NCBI GenBank assembly: GCA_045534095.1
Contig: JAZSJA010000002.1
Span: forward strand, 1 to 52,477
Reading direction: 5' to 3'
From: Acutalibacteraceae bacterium
GTDB taxonomy: Bacteria; Bacillota; Clostridia; Oscillospirales; Acutalibacteraceae
Length of the DNA: 52,477 nt
Shown here: positions 8,170 to 17,693 of the stretch, piece after piece
Position numbering within the stretch: the stretch's first letter is position 1
Layout: the number at the start of each line of letters is the position of its first letter
Made by a program: the position numbers and the translations under genes
Notes under the pieces: model-generated
The model's database searches: none
The model's input: the letters and a program-made list of their open reading frames with translations, nothing else
Told to the model about the DNA's origin: nothing

Positions 8170-9135
8170 ATGACTGCAGTATATATTATTTTGGGCATTT
8201 TAGGGGGAACGGTATTCCTTGCTTTGCTTATAGCCTTTGTATGCTTTATGATTACCTTTTATGGTATTCCTGAAAAGCAAACCGATGAATATAAAATTCC
8301 GCCGGGAGAAATTTATGAGCCCTATCGGGATACCATGGTAGAATGGATGAAAGAGGTTAGAGAAATGCCCTCTAAAGAGGTTAAAATAACATCTTTTGAC
8401 GGCCTTACCCTTTACGGAAAATATTACGAATATTCTAAAGATGCCCCTATTGAGCTTATGTTCCATGGATATAGAGGAACGGGCGAGAGAGATTTATGCG
8501 GCGGCGTTCAACGTTGTTTTAAGCTTGGTAGAAGTTGCCTTATAGTAGACCAACGTGCGGCAGGCAGAAGCGATGGCAGAGTAATAACTTTTGGTATTAG
8601 AGAAAGCCGTGACTGCCTTAAATGGATTGATTATATAATAGAAAATATAAACAAAGATGCCAAAATTATAATAACCGGAATATCTATGGGAGCGGCTACA
8701 GTTACCATAGCGGCGGGGGAGGACTTACCAAAAAACGTTATATCCGCCCTTGCCGATTGCGGCTACACCTCACCCGAGGCGATTATAAAAAAGGTTATAG
8801 CCGATTTTAAAATGCCGCCCAAACTTATGTATCCTTTCATAAAACTTGGTGCAAGGCTTTTCGGCAGACTTAATTTAGATGAATATTCCCCCATAAAAGC
8901 TATGGAAAATTGCAAAATCCCCATAATTTTTATTCATGGCACAACGGATGATTACGTGCCTTATGAAATGAGTGTGGAGAATTTTAACAGATGTACCCAT
9001 AAATGCAAAAAGATGGTAACGGTTGAGGGAGCAGGTCACGGTCTTGCATATCTTGTAGATACCGAAGGCTATTTCAGGGCAATAGAAGAATTTAACGAGA
9101 TGCTTTATGATGAGCAAATAAAATCAAAAAAATAA
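8170..9135 (+). CDS. Membrane-anchored alpha/beta-fold hydrolase
   Basis: The ATG at 8170 lies 5 nt after AGGTGA. It has an N-terminal TM helix, a GISMGA nucleophile elbow (GxSxG), and a late HG...D..V and GAGHG region. Confidence 0.8.
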   Translation: MTAVYIILGILGGTVFLALLIAFVCFMITFYGIPEKQTDEYKIPPGEIYEPYRDTMVEWMKEVREMPSKEVKITSFDGLTLYGKYYEYSKDAPIELMFHGYRGTGERDLCGGVQRCFKLGRSCLIVDQRAAGRSDGRVITFGIRESRDCLKWIDYIIENINKDAKIIITGISMGAATVTIAAGEDLPKNVISALADCGYTSPEAIIKKVIADFKMPPKLMYPFIKLGARLFGRLNLDEYSPIKAMENCKIPIIFIHGTTDDYVPYEMSVENFNRCTHKCKKMVTVEGAGHGLAYLVDTEGYFRAIEEFNEMLYDEQIKSKK

Positions 9136-9151
9136 GTGAAATTCCAAAAAA

Positions 9152-9187
9152 ACAAGGCTGAAGGGTTGCAAAACCCTTCAGCCTTGT
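9152..9187 (+). terminator. Hairpin terminator after the hydrolase gene
   Basis: A 14-bp perfect stem, ACAAGGCTGAAGGG / CCCTTCAGCCTTGT, with an 8-nt loop. The U-tract is weak. Confidence 0.5.
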
Positions 9188-9229
9188 GTTATAATATCTT
9201 TTAATTAAAAATCCAGGAGGATTACCTTT

Positions 9230-10969
9230 ATGAAAACTTTAATGTTGGGTAATGAGGCCGTTGCTCGCGGTCTTTATGAAGCAGGGTGTAGCTTTGTTTC
9301 AAGCTATCCCGGTACCCCTAGTACCGAAATTACAGAATACGTAGCAAAATACAGTGAGGTATATGCCGAATGGGCACCAAACGAAAAGGTTGCTATGGAA
9401 TCGGCTTTTGGTGCCGCTTTAGCCGGTAAAAGAAGCTTTTGCGGTATGAAGCACGTTGGTCTTAACGTTGCCGCTGATCCGCTTTTTACCATCAGCTATA
9501 CAGGTGTAAACGCAGGTATGGTTATTGCTGTTGCAGATGATGCCGGTATGCACTCTTCACAAAATGAGCAGGATTCCCGTCACTATGCATTAAGCTCTAA
9601 AATTCCTATGTTAGAGCCTGCCGATTCGGCCGAGGCTATTGAATTTACCAAGCTTGCTTATGAGCTTTCGGAGAAGTTTGATACCCCTGTGCTTATTAAA
9701 ATGTGCACCCGTGTTTCACATTCGCAGAGTGTTGTTGAGCCGGGCGAAAGGGTAGAGGCCGGCAAAAACTATGAGAAAAACCCCCAGAAATACATAATGA
9801 TGCCCGGTAATGCAAAGCTTCGTCATCCTATTGTGGAGCAGCGTACCAAAGATTTAACAGAATACGCCGAAACTGCCCCTATTAACGTAATTGAAAAGGG
9901 CGAAAGCAGTAAAATGGGTATTATTACCTCCTCCACCTCTTATCAGTACGTTAAAGAGGTATTTGGTGATAAATATCCTGTTTTCAAGCTGGGTCTTATT
10001 TGGCCTATGCCCGAAAAGGCAATTTTGGATTTTGCTGCATCGGTTGAGGAGCTTATTGTTGTAGAGGAGCTTGACTCCTTTATTGAAGCTCATTGCCGCA
10101 ACTTAGGCCTTAATCCAAGGGGCAAGGAAATTTTCTCTAATATTGGCGAAATTAGTCAGAATATAGTTGCTGAGAAGTTTGGCGTTAGTACCGAGGTTGG
10201 AGCAAGCATTGACGCTGTAATTCCTGTTCGCCCTCCCGTTATGTGTGCAGGTTGTCCTCACCGCGGACTTTTCTACACCCTTTCCAAAAATAAAATTACG
10301 GTTATTGGCGATATCGGTTGCTACACCTTAGGTGCCGCCGCCCCCCTTAACGCCATTGATGCCGTTGTTTGTATGGGTGCCTCTATTTCGGGACTTCATG
10401 GCTTCAACAAGGCTCAGGATAATGCATCATCAGGTAAATCCGTTGCAGTTATTGGTGATTCTACCTTTATGCACTCCGGTATGACCGGTCTTGCAAACAT
10501 TGCATATAACAGCTCTAATTCTACCGTAATTATTTTAGATAACTCTATCACCGGTATGACAGGCCATCAACACAACCCAACCACAGGTTATAATCTTAAA
10601 GGTGATCCCGCCTCTAAAATCGATTTGGAGGCACTTTGCAAATCAATCGGTATTAAACGAGTAAAAGTTGTTGATCCTTATGATTTAGCAGAATGTGATA
10701 AAGTAATTAAAGAGGAGCTTGCGGCAGAGGAGCCTTCGGTTATTATCTCACGCCGTCCTTGTGCTCTTCTTAAATACGTTAAATACAATAAACCTCTTGT
10801 TGTTGATACAGACAAGTGCAAGAGTTGTAAAATGTGTATGAAAATCGGTTGTCCTGCTATTAGCATGAAGGATGGAAAAGCTGTTATTGATAATACCCTT
10901 TGTACAGGTTGTGGCGTTTGCGAACAGCTTTGTAAGTTTGACGCACTTAAAAAAGGTGAGGAGGCATAA
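9230..10969 (+). CDS. iorA: Indolepyruvate:ferredoxin oxidoreductase, alpha subunit
   Basis: 579 aa. The N-terminus MLGNEAVARGLYEAGCSFVSSYPGTPSTEI, a TPP-binding GDIGCYTLG...GDSTFMHSG region, and two C-terminal CxxCxxCxxxCP 4Fe-4S motifs are present. Confidence 0.9.
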   Translation: MKTLMLGNEAVARGLYEAGCSFVSSYPGTPSTEITEYVAKYSEVYAEWAPNEKVAMESAFGAALAGKRSFCGMKHVGLNVAADPLFTISYTGVNAGMVIAVADDAGMHSSQNEQDSRHYALSSKIPMLEPADSAEAIEFTKLAYELSEKFDTPVLIKMCTRVSHSQSVVEPGERVEAGKNYEKNPQKYIMMPGNAKLRHPIVEQRTKDLTEYAETAPINVIEKGESSKMGIITSSTSYQYVKEVFGDKYPVFKLGLIWPMPEKAILDFAASVEELIVVEELDSFIEAHCRNLGLNPRGKEIFSNIGEISQNIVAEKFGVSTEVGASIDAVIPVRPPVMCAGCPHRGLFYTLSKNKITVIGDIGCYTLGAAAPLNAIDAVVCMGASISGLHGFNKAQDNASSGKSVAVIGDSTFMHSGMTGLANIAYNSSNSTVIILDNSITGMTGHQHNPTTGYNLKGDPASKIDLEALCKSIGIKRVKVVDPYDLAECDKVIKEELAAEEPSVIISRRPCALLKYVKYNKPLVVDTDKCKSCKMCMKIGCPAISMKDGKAVIDNTLCTGCGVCEQLCKFDALKKGEEA

Positions 10970-10971
10970 AA

Positions 10972-11544
10972 ATGGGAACTAAAAATGTAATGATTGTCGG
11001 CGTAGGCGGACAGGGTAGCCTTTTAGCCTCTAAACTTTTAGGTAAACTTTTGCTTACAAAGGGCTATGATATTAAGGTGTCTGAGGTTCACGGTATGAGT
11101 CAACGCGGTGGTAGCGTTGTAACCTACGTTAGATTTGGCGATAAGGTTTATTCTCCAATTATAGATAAAGGCGAGGCAGATTTCATTGTTTCTTTTGAAA
11201 TGTTAGAGGCTGCACGCTATACTGAGTTTTTAAAGCCAAATGGTAAAATTATCACCAATACTCAAAAAATCAACCCTATGCCCGTAATTACAGGTGCAGT
11301 AGAATATCCTGCTGAGCTTGATGAAAAAATCAAGGCGGCAGGTGTGGATTTGATTGCTGTTGACGCTCTTTCTTTAGCAGAAGAGGCAGGTTCATCAAAA
11401 GCGGTTAATATTGTTCTTATGGGTGTTCTTTCAAAGTATTTTGATTTTACTGAGGAGGAGTGGAACAAGGCTATCGAAAGTAGTGTTCCACCCAAGTTCT
11501 TAGAACTTAATAAAAAGGCATTTGCTTTTGGTAGAGAAGTATAA
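10972..11544 (+). CDS. iorB: Indolepyruvate:ferredoxin oxidoreductase, beta subunit
   Basis: 190 aa with VGVGGQGSLLASK...HGMSQRGGSV, the gamma-type domain of 2-oxoacid:Fd oxidoreductases. It starts 2 nt after the iorA stop. Confidence 0.9.
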   Translation: MGTKNVMIVGVGGQGSLLASKLLGKLLLTKGYDIKVSEVHGMSQRGGSVVTYVRFGDKVYSPIIDKGEADFIVSFEMLEAARYTEFLKPNGKIITNTQKINPMPVITGAVEYPAELDEKIKAAGVDLIAVDALSLAEEAGSSKAVNIVLMGVLSKYFDFTEEEWNKAIESSVPPKFLELNKKAFAFGREV

Positions 11545-11596
11545 TTTATGCTTAATATGTAACATAAAGATACTACTTAAAAAGGGATGTTGAAAA

Positions 11597-13723
11597 ATGT
11601 TCAAATTTGTTAAAAATTCAAATACCATAGACATTATAGGTGGTAATACGGTATTTAAAAATATTTCTCTTTCAGTTAAAACTGAAGATAATAAGGTTTT
11701 TAATCTTCCAATAACCGAAATTTCAGATACTGAGATTTACGGCTCGGTTAGCGAAGCCGAGGCTAGAGTTAAACTAAATGAAAAGGATGGCTTTGTAACT
11801 CTTTTAGCCGAGGGTGGGCTTATTCGTGACCGTTCAAAAGGTCAGTTCTATGACCATTCCAATACAAATCTTAATGCTAATTCGGCTTTTTCCTTAACTT
11901 TTAGTGAAATTGAAAATTTAAAAAGCTATACCGCAAGTAATTTAACTACTTTTTGGACTCAAAACGACGTTATAGGCAGTAGTGATATTAAAGAGGTTAA
12001 ACCTAAAACACAAGCCATCGTTTATGAGGGCGAGGGTGCCTACGGTTGTCTTTTTGCTACCTGCGATAAAGAATACAAGAGTGCTTTTTCAGGTAGCGAA
12101 GCCGGACTTTCGGTGTCCTTACAATCCTATAAAAGAGGTTTGATGAACTTTTCTTCGGTGCTCTTTTTCTTTGCAACTGATAAAGATCCTTATTTTCTAC
12201 CTCAAAAAGTTACCACTTATGGTCTTAAATTTCTTGGTAAAAAGGCGGCTCCCGCAAGGGAGAAACGTTACCCTGAAATATTTGAATATCTCGGTTGGTG
12301 CAGTTGGGATGCATTCCCTTATTGCATAAACCATCAAGGACTTTTGGATAAATTTGAAGAGTTTAAAACTAAAAATATTCCTGTTAAATGGGGTATTTTA
12401 GATGATATGTGGGCAGTTCTTGATGGTGAAAACAACTCTGAAGTTATGCACGACCGCAAACTTGTTGATTTTAAAGCCCATCCCGATCAATTCCCCAAAG
12501 GTCTTAAAGGCGCAGTTAGTGAGGTTAAAGAAAAGTATGACGTTAAATTGGGTGCCTGGCATCCTCTGGAGGGCTATTGGTATGGCTTCGCTCCTGATGG
12601 TGTAACGGCAAAAGAATATGCAAAATATCTTACCCAAAATGATGATGTAAGACTTGTTGTCAAGCCAACAATAGAGGATATGTTTGGCTATCATAACGCA
12701 TTTTATACCTATCTAAAGGATGCAGGTATTGATTTTGTAAAGGTAGATTGCCAAAGCTCAATTGAGTGGTTCTACCGTAATATGGGTACTGTTGGCGAGG
12801 TCGCAGATGCCGTTCATACCGGTATTGAGGGTGCAGTTGGACTTAATTTTGATGGCACTATAATCAACTGTATGGGTTGTGCTACCGAAAATATTTGGAA
12901 TCGTCCAAATAGTCTTATAAACCGTTGCAGCGGTGACTTCTTACCTGAGGATAGAAATTGGTTTATAGACCATATTATTCAGTGTACTTATACCTGTTAT
13001 TTCTATTCGGGACTTTTTAAAGGTGACTTTGATATGTTCTGGACAGATGATGGTCAGGCTGTTAAAAACTGTCTTCTTCGTGCAATAAGCGGCGGTCCCG
13101 TATACGTTAGCGACAAACTTGGCAGAAGTGTTGCGGAAAGACTTTTGCCCCTCGCTTTGGCAGATGGTAAAGTGCTCCGCTTGAATAATTCCGCAGTTCC
13201 TACCGCTGATTGCCTTATGGAAAACCCAATAAATTCTAAAAAGCCTTATAAGGTGTGGAATGCTAGCAATAATGGTTTTGTTGTTGCCGCATTTAATTTA
13301 GATAGTGGCGAAAAACCTGTACAAGGTAAAATTTCGCCCTTTGAGTTGCCAAACGCAAACAATGATAAATACTTGAATTATGATTTCTTTAATGGCACCA
13401 TGGATATTTTAAACAAGGGCGACACCATTGCAGTTGAACTTAACAATTACGACGATTATAAATTCTGTAATTTTATACCCGTTGTAGATGGATTTGCACC
13501 AATAGGTCTTGTAGATAAATACGTAACCTCTGCAACCTATGAAAAATTTGGCGAAAACAAATATAACGTTTTGAATGGCGGAAAATTTGCATTTTATAGT
13601 GAAACTAAGCCTGAATGTGTATACGTGGATGGAAAAAAAGTTTCCTTTACCGCTAAAAATAATTATTATTTGGTGGATTTGGGAGAAATTAGCACCTCAC
13701 ACATTCTTGAATTTGAATTTTAA
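11597..13723 (+). CDS. GH36-clan raffinose-synthase/Sip1-like alpha-galactosidase or transglycosidase (no signal peptide)
   Basis: GWCSWDAF, FPKGLKG, LGAWHPLEGYWYG, DFVKVDCQ (nucleophile Asp context) and RCSGDF (acid/base context) match the raffinose-synthase/Sip1 pattern. LDDMW replaces the usual DDGW. Confidence 0.75.
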   Translation: MFKFVKNSNTIDIIGGNTVFKNISLSVKTEDNKVFNLPITEISDTEIYGSVSEAEARVKLNEKDGFVTLLAEGGLIRDRSKGQFYDHSNTNLNANSAFSLTFSEIENLKSYTASNLTTFWTQNDVIGSSDIKEVKPKTQAIVYEGEGAYGCLFATCDKEYKSAFSGSEAGLSVSLQSYKRGLMNFSSVLFFFATDKDPYFLPQKVTTYGLKFLGKKAAPAREKRYPEIFEYLGWCSWDAFPYCINHQGLLDKFEEFKTKNIPVKWGILDDMWAVLDGENNSEVMHDRKLVDFKAHPDQFPKGLKGAVSEVKEKYDVKLGAWHPLEGYWYGFAPDGVTAKEYAKYLTQNDDVRLVVKPTIEDMFGYHNAFYTYLKDAGIDFVKVDCQSSIEWFYRNMGTVGEVADAVHTGIEGAVGLNFDGTIINCMGCATENIWNRPNSLINRCSGDFLPEDRNWFIDHIIQCTYTCYFYSGLFKGDFDMFWTDDGQAVKNCLLRAISGGPVYVSDKLGRSVAERLLPLALADGKVLRLNNSAVPTADCLMENPINSKKPYKVWNASNNGFVVAAFNLDSGEKPVQGKISPFELPNANNDKYLNYDFFNGTMDILNKGDTIAVELNNYDDYKFCNFIPVVDGFAPIGLVDKYVTSATYEKFGENKYNVLNGGKFAFYSETKPECVYVDGKKVSFTAKNNYYLVDLGEISTSHILEFEF

Positions 13724-13872
13724 ATAATTAGTAATAAAGATAGGTGAAAAAGTCTACCTTTGTTTTTTGAAAAAATTTGGTTAATCGTCTTTATTTTAGT
13801 ATATTTTATTTTTGTTTTGTGTATTTATAAAAATCAAAAATGTTGTAAAATAAGCTTATAGGAAGTGAAAAT

Positions 13873-15618
13873 ATGGCTTTTTCGTTTGTTGCAGAACTTA
13901 ATTTAAAGGATAAAACCCAAATAAATATAACCCCCGAAATTCAAAAAACTTCTGATGGATTTATATTAAAAATTCCTGCCGAAAAAGTCCCACAAGATGC
14001 TGATTATATAGATATTTCACCCAATAGCGTAATTGGAATCCCGGGTGACAACGGTTATTTTGTTATGCCGTTTCAGTATTCTGATTTCCTTTGTGAATTT
14101 AAGTGCGGTGAGGACTGTGAACGTGAATACACCCTTTATTCTATGCCTATTTTTGGCTTTAAAAATGGAGATGCCGCACTTCTTGCCGTTGTAAGTTCTA
14201 TGGCGTGGGAATATAAAATTATAATCAGGCGTCAAAATAACAAATACTACGCATTCCCGCGTTTTAATCTTACAGGTTATGGTGCGTATGAGGATATTAT
14301 AATTGAATATTTTGAACTTAAAGGTGAAAATGCCAACTATGTTGGTATGGCTAATCGGTACAGAGAATACCAATACAAGCGCGGCGCATTTAAAACTCTT
14401 AAGGAAAAAATAGCAGAACGTCCCTTCCTTAAAGGCATTGCCGATTCGGTAAATATACGAATACGTATGGGTTGGAAACCTGCTCCCTCAGAAATTTTTG
14501 AGCAGACTGTTGAAAATGAGCCTGAAATGAAGGTGGCGATGAAATTCAATCGCATTTTGGATCTTGTTGATGAAATGAAGGCGTCGGGCGTAAAAAATGC
14601 AGATATATGCCTTGTCGGTTGGAATCGAAAGGGTCACGACGGAAGATGGCCTGAGGCATTTCCTGTCGAGGAGGCTTTGGGTGGTGAGGAAGAACTTGTA
14701 AAAGCTATTAAAAAGACTGAAAATGCAGGTTATACCATAAACGCCCACACAAATTCAAGCGATTCCTACAGTATTGCAAAAAACTTTAATATTGATGATT
14801 CTATTGTTAAAGAAGATGGTGAGATTTGTAGGGGACATTTTCCGTGGTCGGGCGGAAAGGCTTACATAATTTGCCCAAAGTGTGGATATAAAACCTGTAG
14901 AGAAAACCTTGAAAAATCTCGTAAACTCGGTTTTAACGGTATGCATTATATTGATGTTTTAGGTACGGTACCGCCAAGGGATTGTTTTTCCGATAAACAT
15001 CCCATAACCAAAAAGCAGGGGGGAGAATACTTTTTTAAAACCCTCCTTGAGGCAAAAAATCTTTTTGGCGGCGTATCTTCTGAGGGTGGATATGATTATC
15101 TTATAGGTGTGCTGGATTATGCCCTTTATACCTGTTCAAATCTTTTAGAGGACACTCCCGCTAATGATCCCTTTATAAACGTTAAAATCCCTCTTTATCC
15201 GCTTGTTTATCATGGAGTAATTCTTTATTGCCCTTCGGGTGATATAATGAATTGCACTATGGGTAAAAGAAAAAAACTTTTAAAACTTGTGGAATACGGT
15301 GGCAGACCTGCCATTTATGTTTATAAGCAATTTATCGATAAAAAACGTAGCAGCTTTGAATTTTTGGGCAAGGAAAATCCCGTGTGCGATACCGATGATG
15401 ATTTAAAAGAAACGGTTGAGGTTATAAAAGCGGCGGAGGAACTTTACAACCATTTAGAGCCTATCCGTTATACCGCTATGGTGAATCACGAAAAATTGTC
15501 AGATGGTGTTTTTAAGACTACATATGAAAACGGTAGATTTACTGTGGTTAACTATAATACCTCAGACTTTGTGTCAAATGATTTTACAGTAAAAGCAGAA
15601 GATTTTATAATAATATAA
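13873..15618 (+). CDS. Uncharacterised cytoplasmic protein, probably a glycoside-hydrolase-like enzyme (resembles what I recall as the DUF5696 family)
   Basis: A 581-aa ORF with an AGGAAG RBS and no signal peptide. The central VGWNRKGHDGRWPEAFPVEEALGGEEEL...GYTINAHTNSSDSY block is reminiscent of DUF5696-type TIM-barrel proteins. The family call is from memory only. Confidence 0.45.
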   Translation: MAFSFVAELNLKDKTQINITPEIQKTSDGFILKIPAEKVPQDADYIDISPNSVIGIPGDNGYFVMPFQYSDFLCEFKCGEDCEREYTLYSMPIFGFKNGDAALLAVVSSMAWEYKIIIRRQNNKYYAFPRFNLTGYGAYEDIIIEYFELKGENANYVGMANRYREYQYKRGAFKTLKEKIAERPFLKGIADSVNIRIRMGWKPAPSEIFEQTVENEPEMKVAMKFNRILDLVDEMKASGVKNADICLVGWNRKGHDGRWPEAFPVEEALGGEEELVKAIKKTENAGYTINAHTNSSDSYSIAKNFNIDDSIVKEDGEICRGHFPWSGGKAYIICPKCGYKTCRENLEKSRKLGFNGMHYIDVLGTVPPRDCFSDKHPITKKQGGEYFFKTLLEAKNLFGGVSSEGGYDYLIGVLDYALYTCSNLLEDTPANDPFINVKIPLYPLVYHGVILYCPSGDIMNCTMGKRKKLLKLVEYGGRPAIYVYKQFIDKKRSSFEFLGKENPVCDTDDDLKETVEVIKAAEELYNHLEPIRYTAMVNHEKLSDGVFKTTYENGRFTVVNYNTSDFVSNDFTVKAEDFIII

Positions 15619-15621
15619 GTA

Positions 15622-15652
15622 AAAAAATCGCTCGTTATACGGGCGATTTTTT
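15622..15652 (+). terminator. Rho-independent terminator
   Basis: AAAAATCGCTCG-TTATAC-GGGCGATTTTTT (one G-U pair) followed by a T-run. Confidence 0.6.
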
Positions 15653-15678
15653 ATTTCAAATTAAAGGGTTTGATTTTA

Positions 15679-15707
15679 TTGAAAATTATTTTAAAATGTT
15701 GTATAAT
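15679..15707 (+). promoter_or_regulatory. Sigma-A type promoter of uvrC
   Basis: TTGAAA (15679-15684), a 17-nt spacer, then TATAAT (15702-15707). Confidence 0.55.
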
Positions 15708-15742
15708 AAATCTATAAATACTTGTTAAGGAGGTGTTGTTTT

Positions 15743-17572
15743 ATGAATCCAAATCTAGCCGAACTTAGAAAAAAATCTATGTCTTTACCGCTTCTTCCCG
15801 GTGTTTATATTATGAAAAACAAATCTAGTCAAATTATTTACATCGGCAAAGCAAAAAAACTTAAAAATAGGGTTAGTTCTTATTTTGGAAGCGACAAACA
15901 GCACACCCTTAAAGTTAAAAAAATGGTGGATCAGGTAAATGATTTTGATTATATTATCTGCGATACCGAGCTTGAAGCACTCCTTTTAGAATGTTCTCTC
16001 ATAAAGCAGCATAGCCCAAAATATAATATCCTTTTAAAGGATGATAAGGGTTATCACTATATAAAAATCACAAGTGGCGATTGGCCAATGATAAGCGAAG
16101 TCAAGCAGAAATTAAACGATAAAGCCGAATATTTAGGCCCTTATAATTCGGGTTGGATACTAAAACAAACGGTGGATGAAGCACAAAAAATATTTAGGCT
16201 TCCCCGTTGTTCGAAACAGTTTCCGCGAGATATTGGCAAATCTCGCCCCTGTCTTAATCATCATTTAGGACTTTGCTCGGCTCCATGTAGCGGCAAAATA
16301 AAGCAAAAAGATTATTTAGAGTCGGTAAGATCCGCAGTTGAATTTATGAAAGGCGGTAGTGCGGTTACTACAACAAAACTCCAAAAGCAAATGGAGCAGG
16401 CGGCTGAAAATCTTGAATTTGAGCTTGCCGCAAAGCTTCGTGACCGAATTAAGGCTTTGGCTCGAGCTACCGAGCGTCAAAAGGTTATAACCTCCTCTTA
16501 TAAGGAGCAGGATGTTATTGCGTCTGCCCGAACCGAAAGGGCACTTTGTTTTGCAGTTATGTGCTTTCGTTCAGGGCATTTAACCGATATGAACTGTTTT
16601 GTTATAAATTCTCCCGATGAGCTTGTTTTGGACCGTACTGAATTTTTAGAACGATATTACAGTACTACCGCTGAAGTTCCCAAAAGAATAGTGTTGGATG
16701 GAGATGTAACCGACCTTGAACTAATTTCAAATTGGTTATCTCAAAAGGTCAATCGCAAGGTAGAGGTTGTAATCCCCAAAAAGGGAGAGCAGTTAAATCT
16801 TATTAAAATGTGTGCTTTTAATGCGGCGGAGCATCTGGCAAAAATGGAACAACGTCAAACCCATGAAACTGCAGCGTTGGACGAGCTCGCAAGACTTTTA
16901 TCCCTTCCCACACCGCCGTCGTATATTGAAGCCTATGATATTTCTCACACAATGGGCAATGAAAACGTGGCAGGTATGACAGTTTTTGAAAATGGAAGAC
17001 CTTTAAAATCAGCATATAAAAAATTCAGAATAAAATCCTTTTCAGGTCAGGATGATTACCGCTCAATGGCAGAGGTGCTTGACCGTAGATTTGCCGAATA
17101 TGAAAAAGCTTTGGAAAACGGGGAAAAGGATGGATTTGGACGATTACCTGACCTTATTTTACTTGATGGAGGTCAAGGGCAACTCAGTGCAGTTTTGCCG
17201 GTTATGCAAAAACACAGTTTAAATATCCCTGTTTTTGGTATGGTTAAGGATTCCAAGCACCGCACCCGAGCAATTACCGCAGGTGGTGGGGATATTTCCA
17301 TTCGTGCTAATCATATAGCTTATACACTTATAGCAACAATTCAAGAGGAAACTCATCGATTTGCTATAACCTATCACCGCACCTCAAGTCGAAAAAAAGG
17401 GCTTACTGCTGAACTTTCCTTGGTTTCAGGAATGGGGGATAAGCGAATAAAAATTTTGCTTAAAAAGTTTAAAAGTATATCTAAAATAAAAGAAGCATCG
17501 GTGGAAGAACTTAAAAACTTAACGGGATTTCCCCTTAAAGTTTGCCAAAATATCTATGATTTTTATCACTAA
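15743..17572 (+). CDS. uvrC: Excinuclease ABC subunit C
   Basis: It has a GIY-YIG N-terminus (GVYIMKNKSSQIIYIGKAKKLKNRVSSY), a UvrBC domain (LEFELAAKLRDRI), an RNase-H-like endonuclease domain and a C-terminal (HhH)2. The ATG at 15743 lies 8 nt after AGGAGG; the TTG at 15722 in the track is upstream of the RBS. Confidence 0.93.
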   Translation: MNPNLAELRKKSMSLPLLPGVYIMKNKSSQIIYIGKAKKLKNRVSSYFGSDKQHTLKVKKMVDQVNDFDYIICDTELEALLLECSLIKQHSPKYNILLKDDKGYHYIKITSGDWPMISEVKQKLNDKAEYLGPYNSGWILKQTVDEAQKIFRLPRCSKQFPRDIGKSRPCLNHHLGLCSAPCSGKIKQKDYLESVRSAVEFMKGGSAVTTTKLQKQMEQAAENLEFELAAKLRDRIKALARATERQKVITSSYKEQDVIASARTERALCFAVMCFRSGHLTDMNCFVINSPDELVLDRTEFLERYYSTTAEVPKRIVLDGDVTDLELISNWLSQKVNRKVEVVIPKKGEQLNLIKMCAFNAAEHLAKMEQRQTHETAALDELARLLSLPTPPSYIEAYDISHTMGNENVAGMTVFENGRPLKSAYKKFRIKSFSGQDDYRSMAEVLDRRFAEYEKALENGEKDGFGRLPDLILLDGGQGQLSAVLPVMQKHSLNIPVFGMVKDSKHRTRAITAGGGDISIRANHIAYTLIATIQEETHRFAITYHRTSSRKKGLTAELSLVSGMGDKRIKILLKKFKSISKIKEASVEELKNLTGFPLKVCQNIYDFYH

Positions 17573-17600
17573 TTTTAAATGAATTATTTTATAACTTTTA

Positions 17601-17645
17601 AAAGCCGTAAATTTTGCAGTTTTATCTTGTAAAATTTATGGCTTT
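17601..17645 (+). terminator. Hairpin terminator after uvrC
   Basis: 15-bp arms, AAAGCCGTAAATTTT / AAAATTTATGGCTTT (one G-U pair), overlap the next promoter. Confidence 0.55.
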
Positions 17646-17655
17646 GTTGTATAAT
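17627..17655 (+). promoter_or_regulatory. Sigma-A type promoter of the ABC exporter gene
   Basis: TTGTAA (17627-17632), a 17-nt spacer, then TATAAT (17650-17655). Confidence 0.5.
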
Positions 17656-17693
17656 GAAAATGTATTTGTAAAAAATGTTTTGAGGTGATCTTT

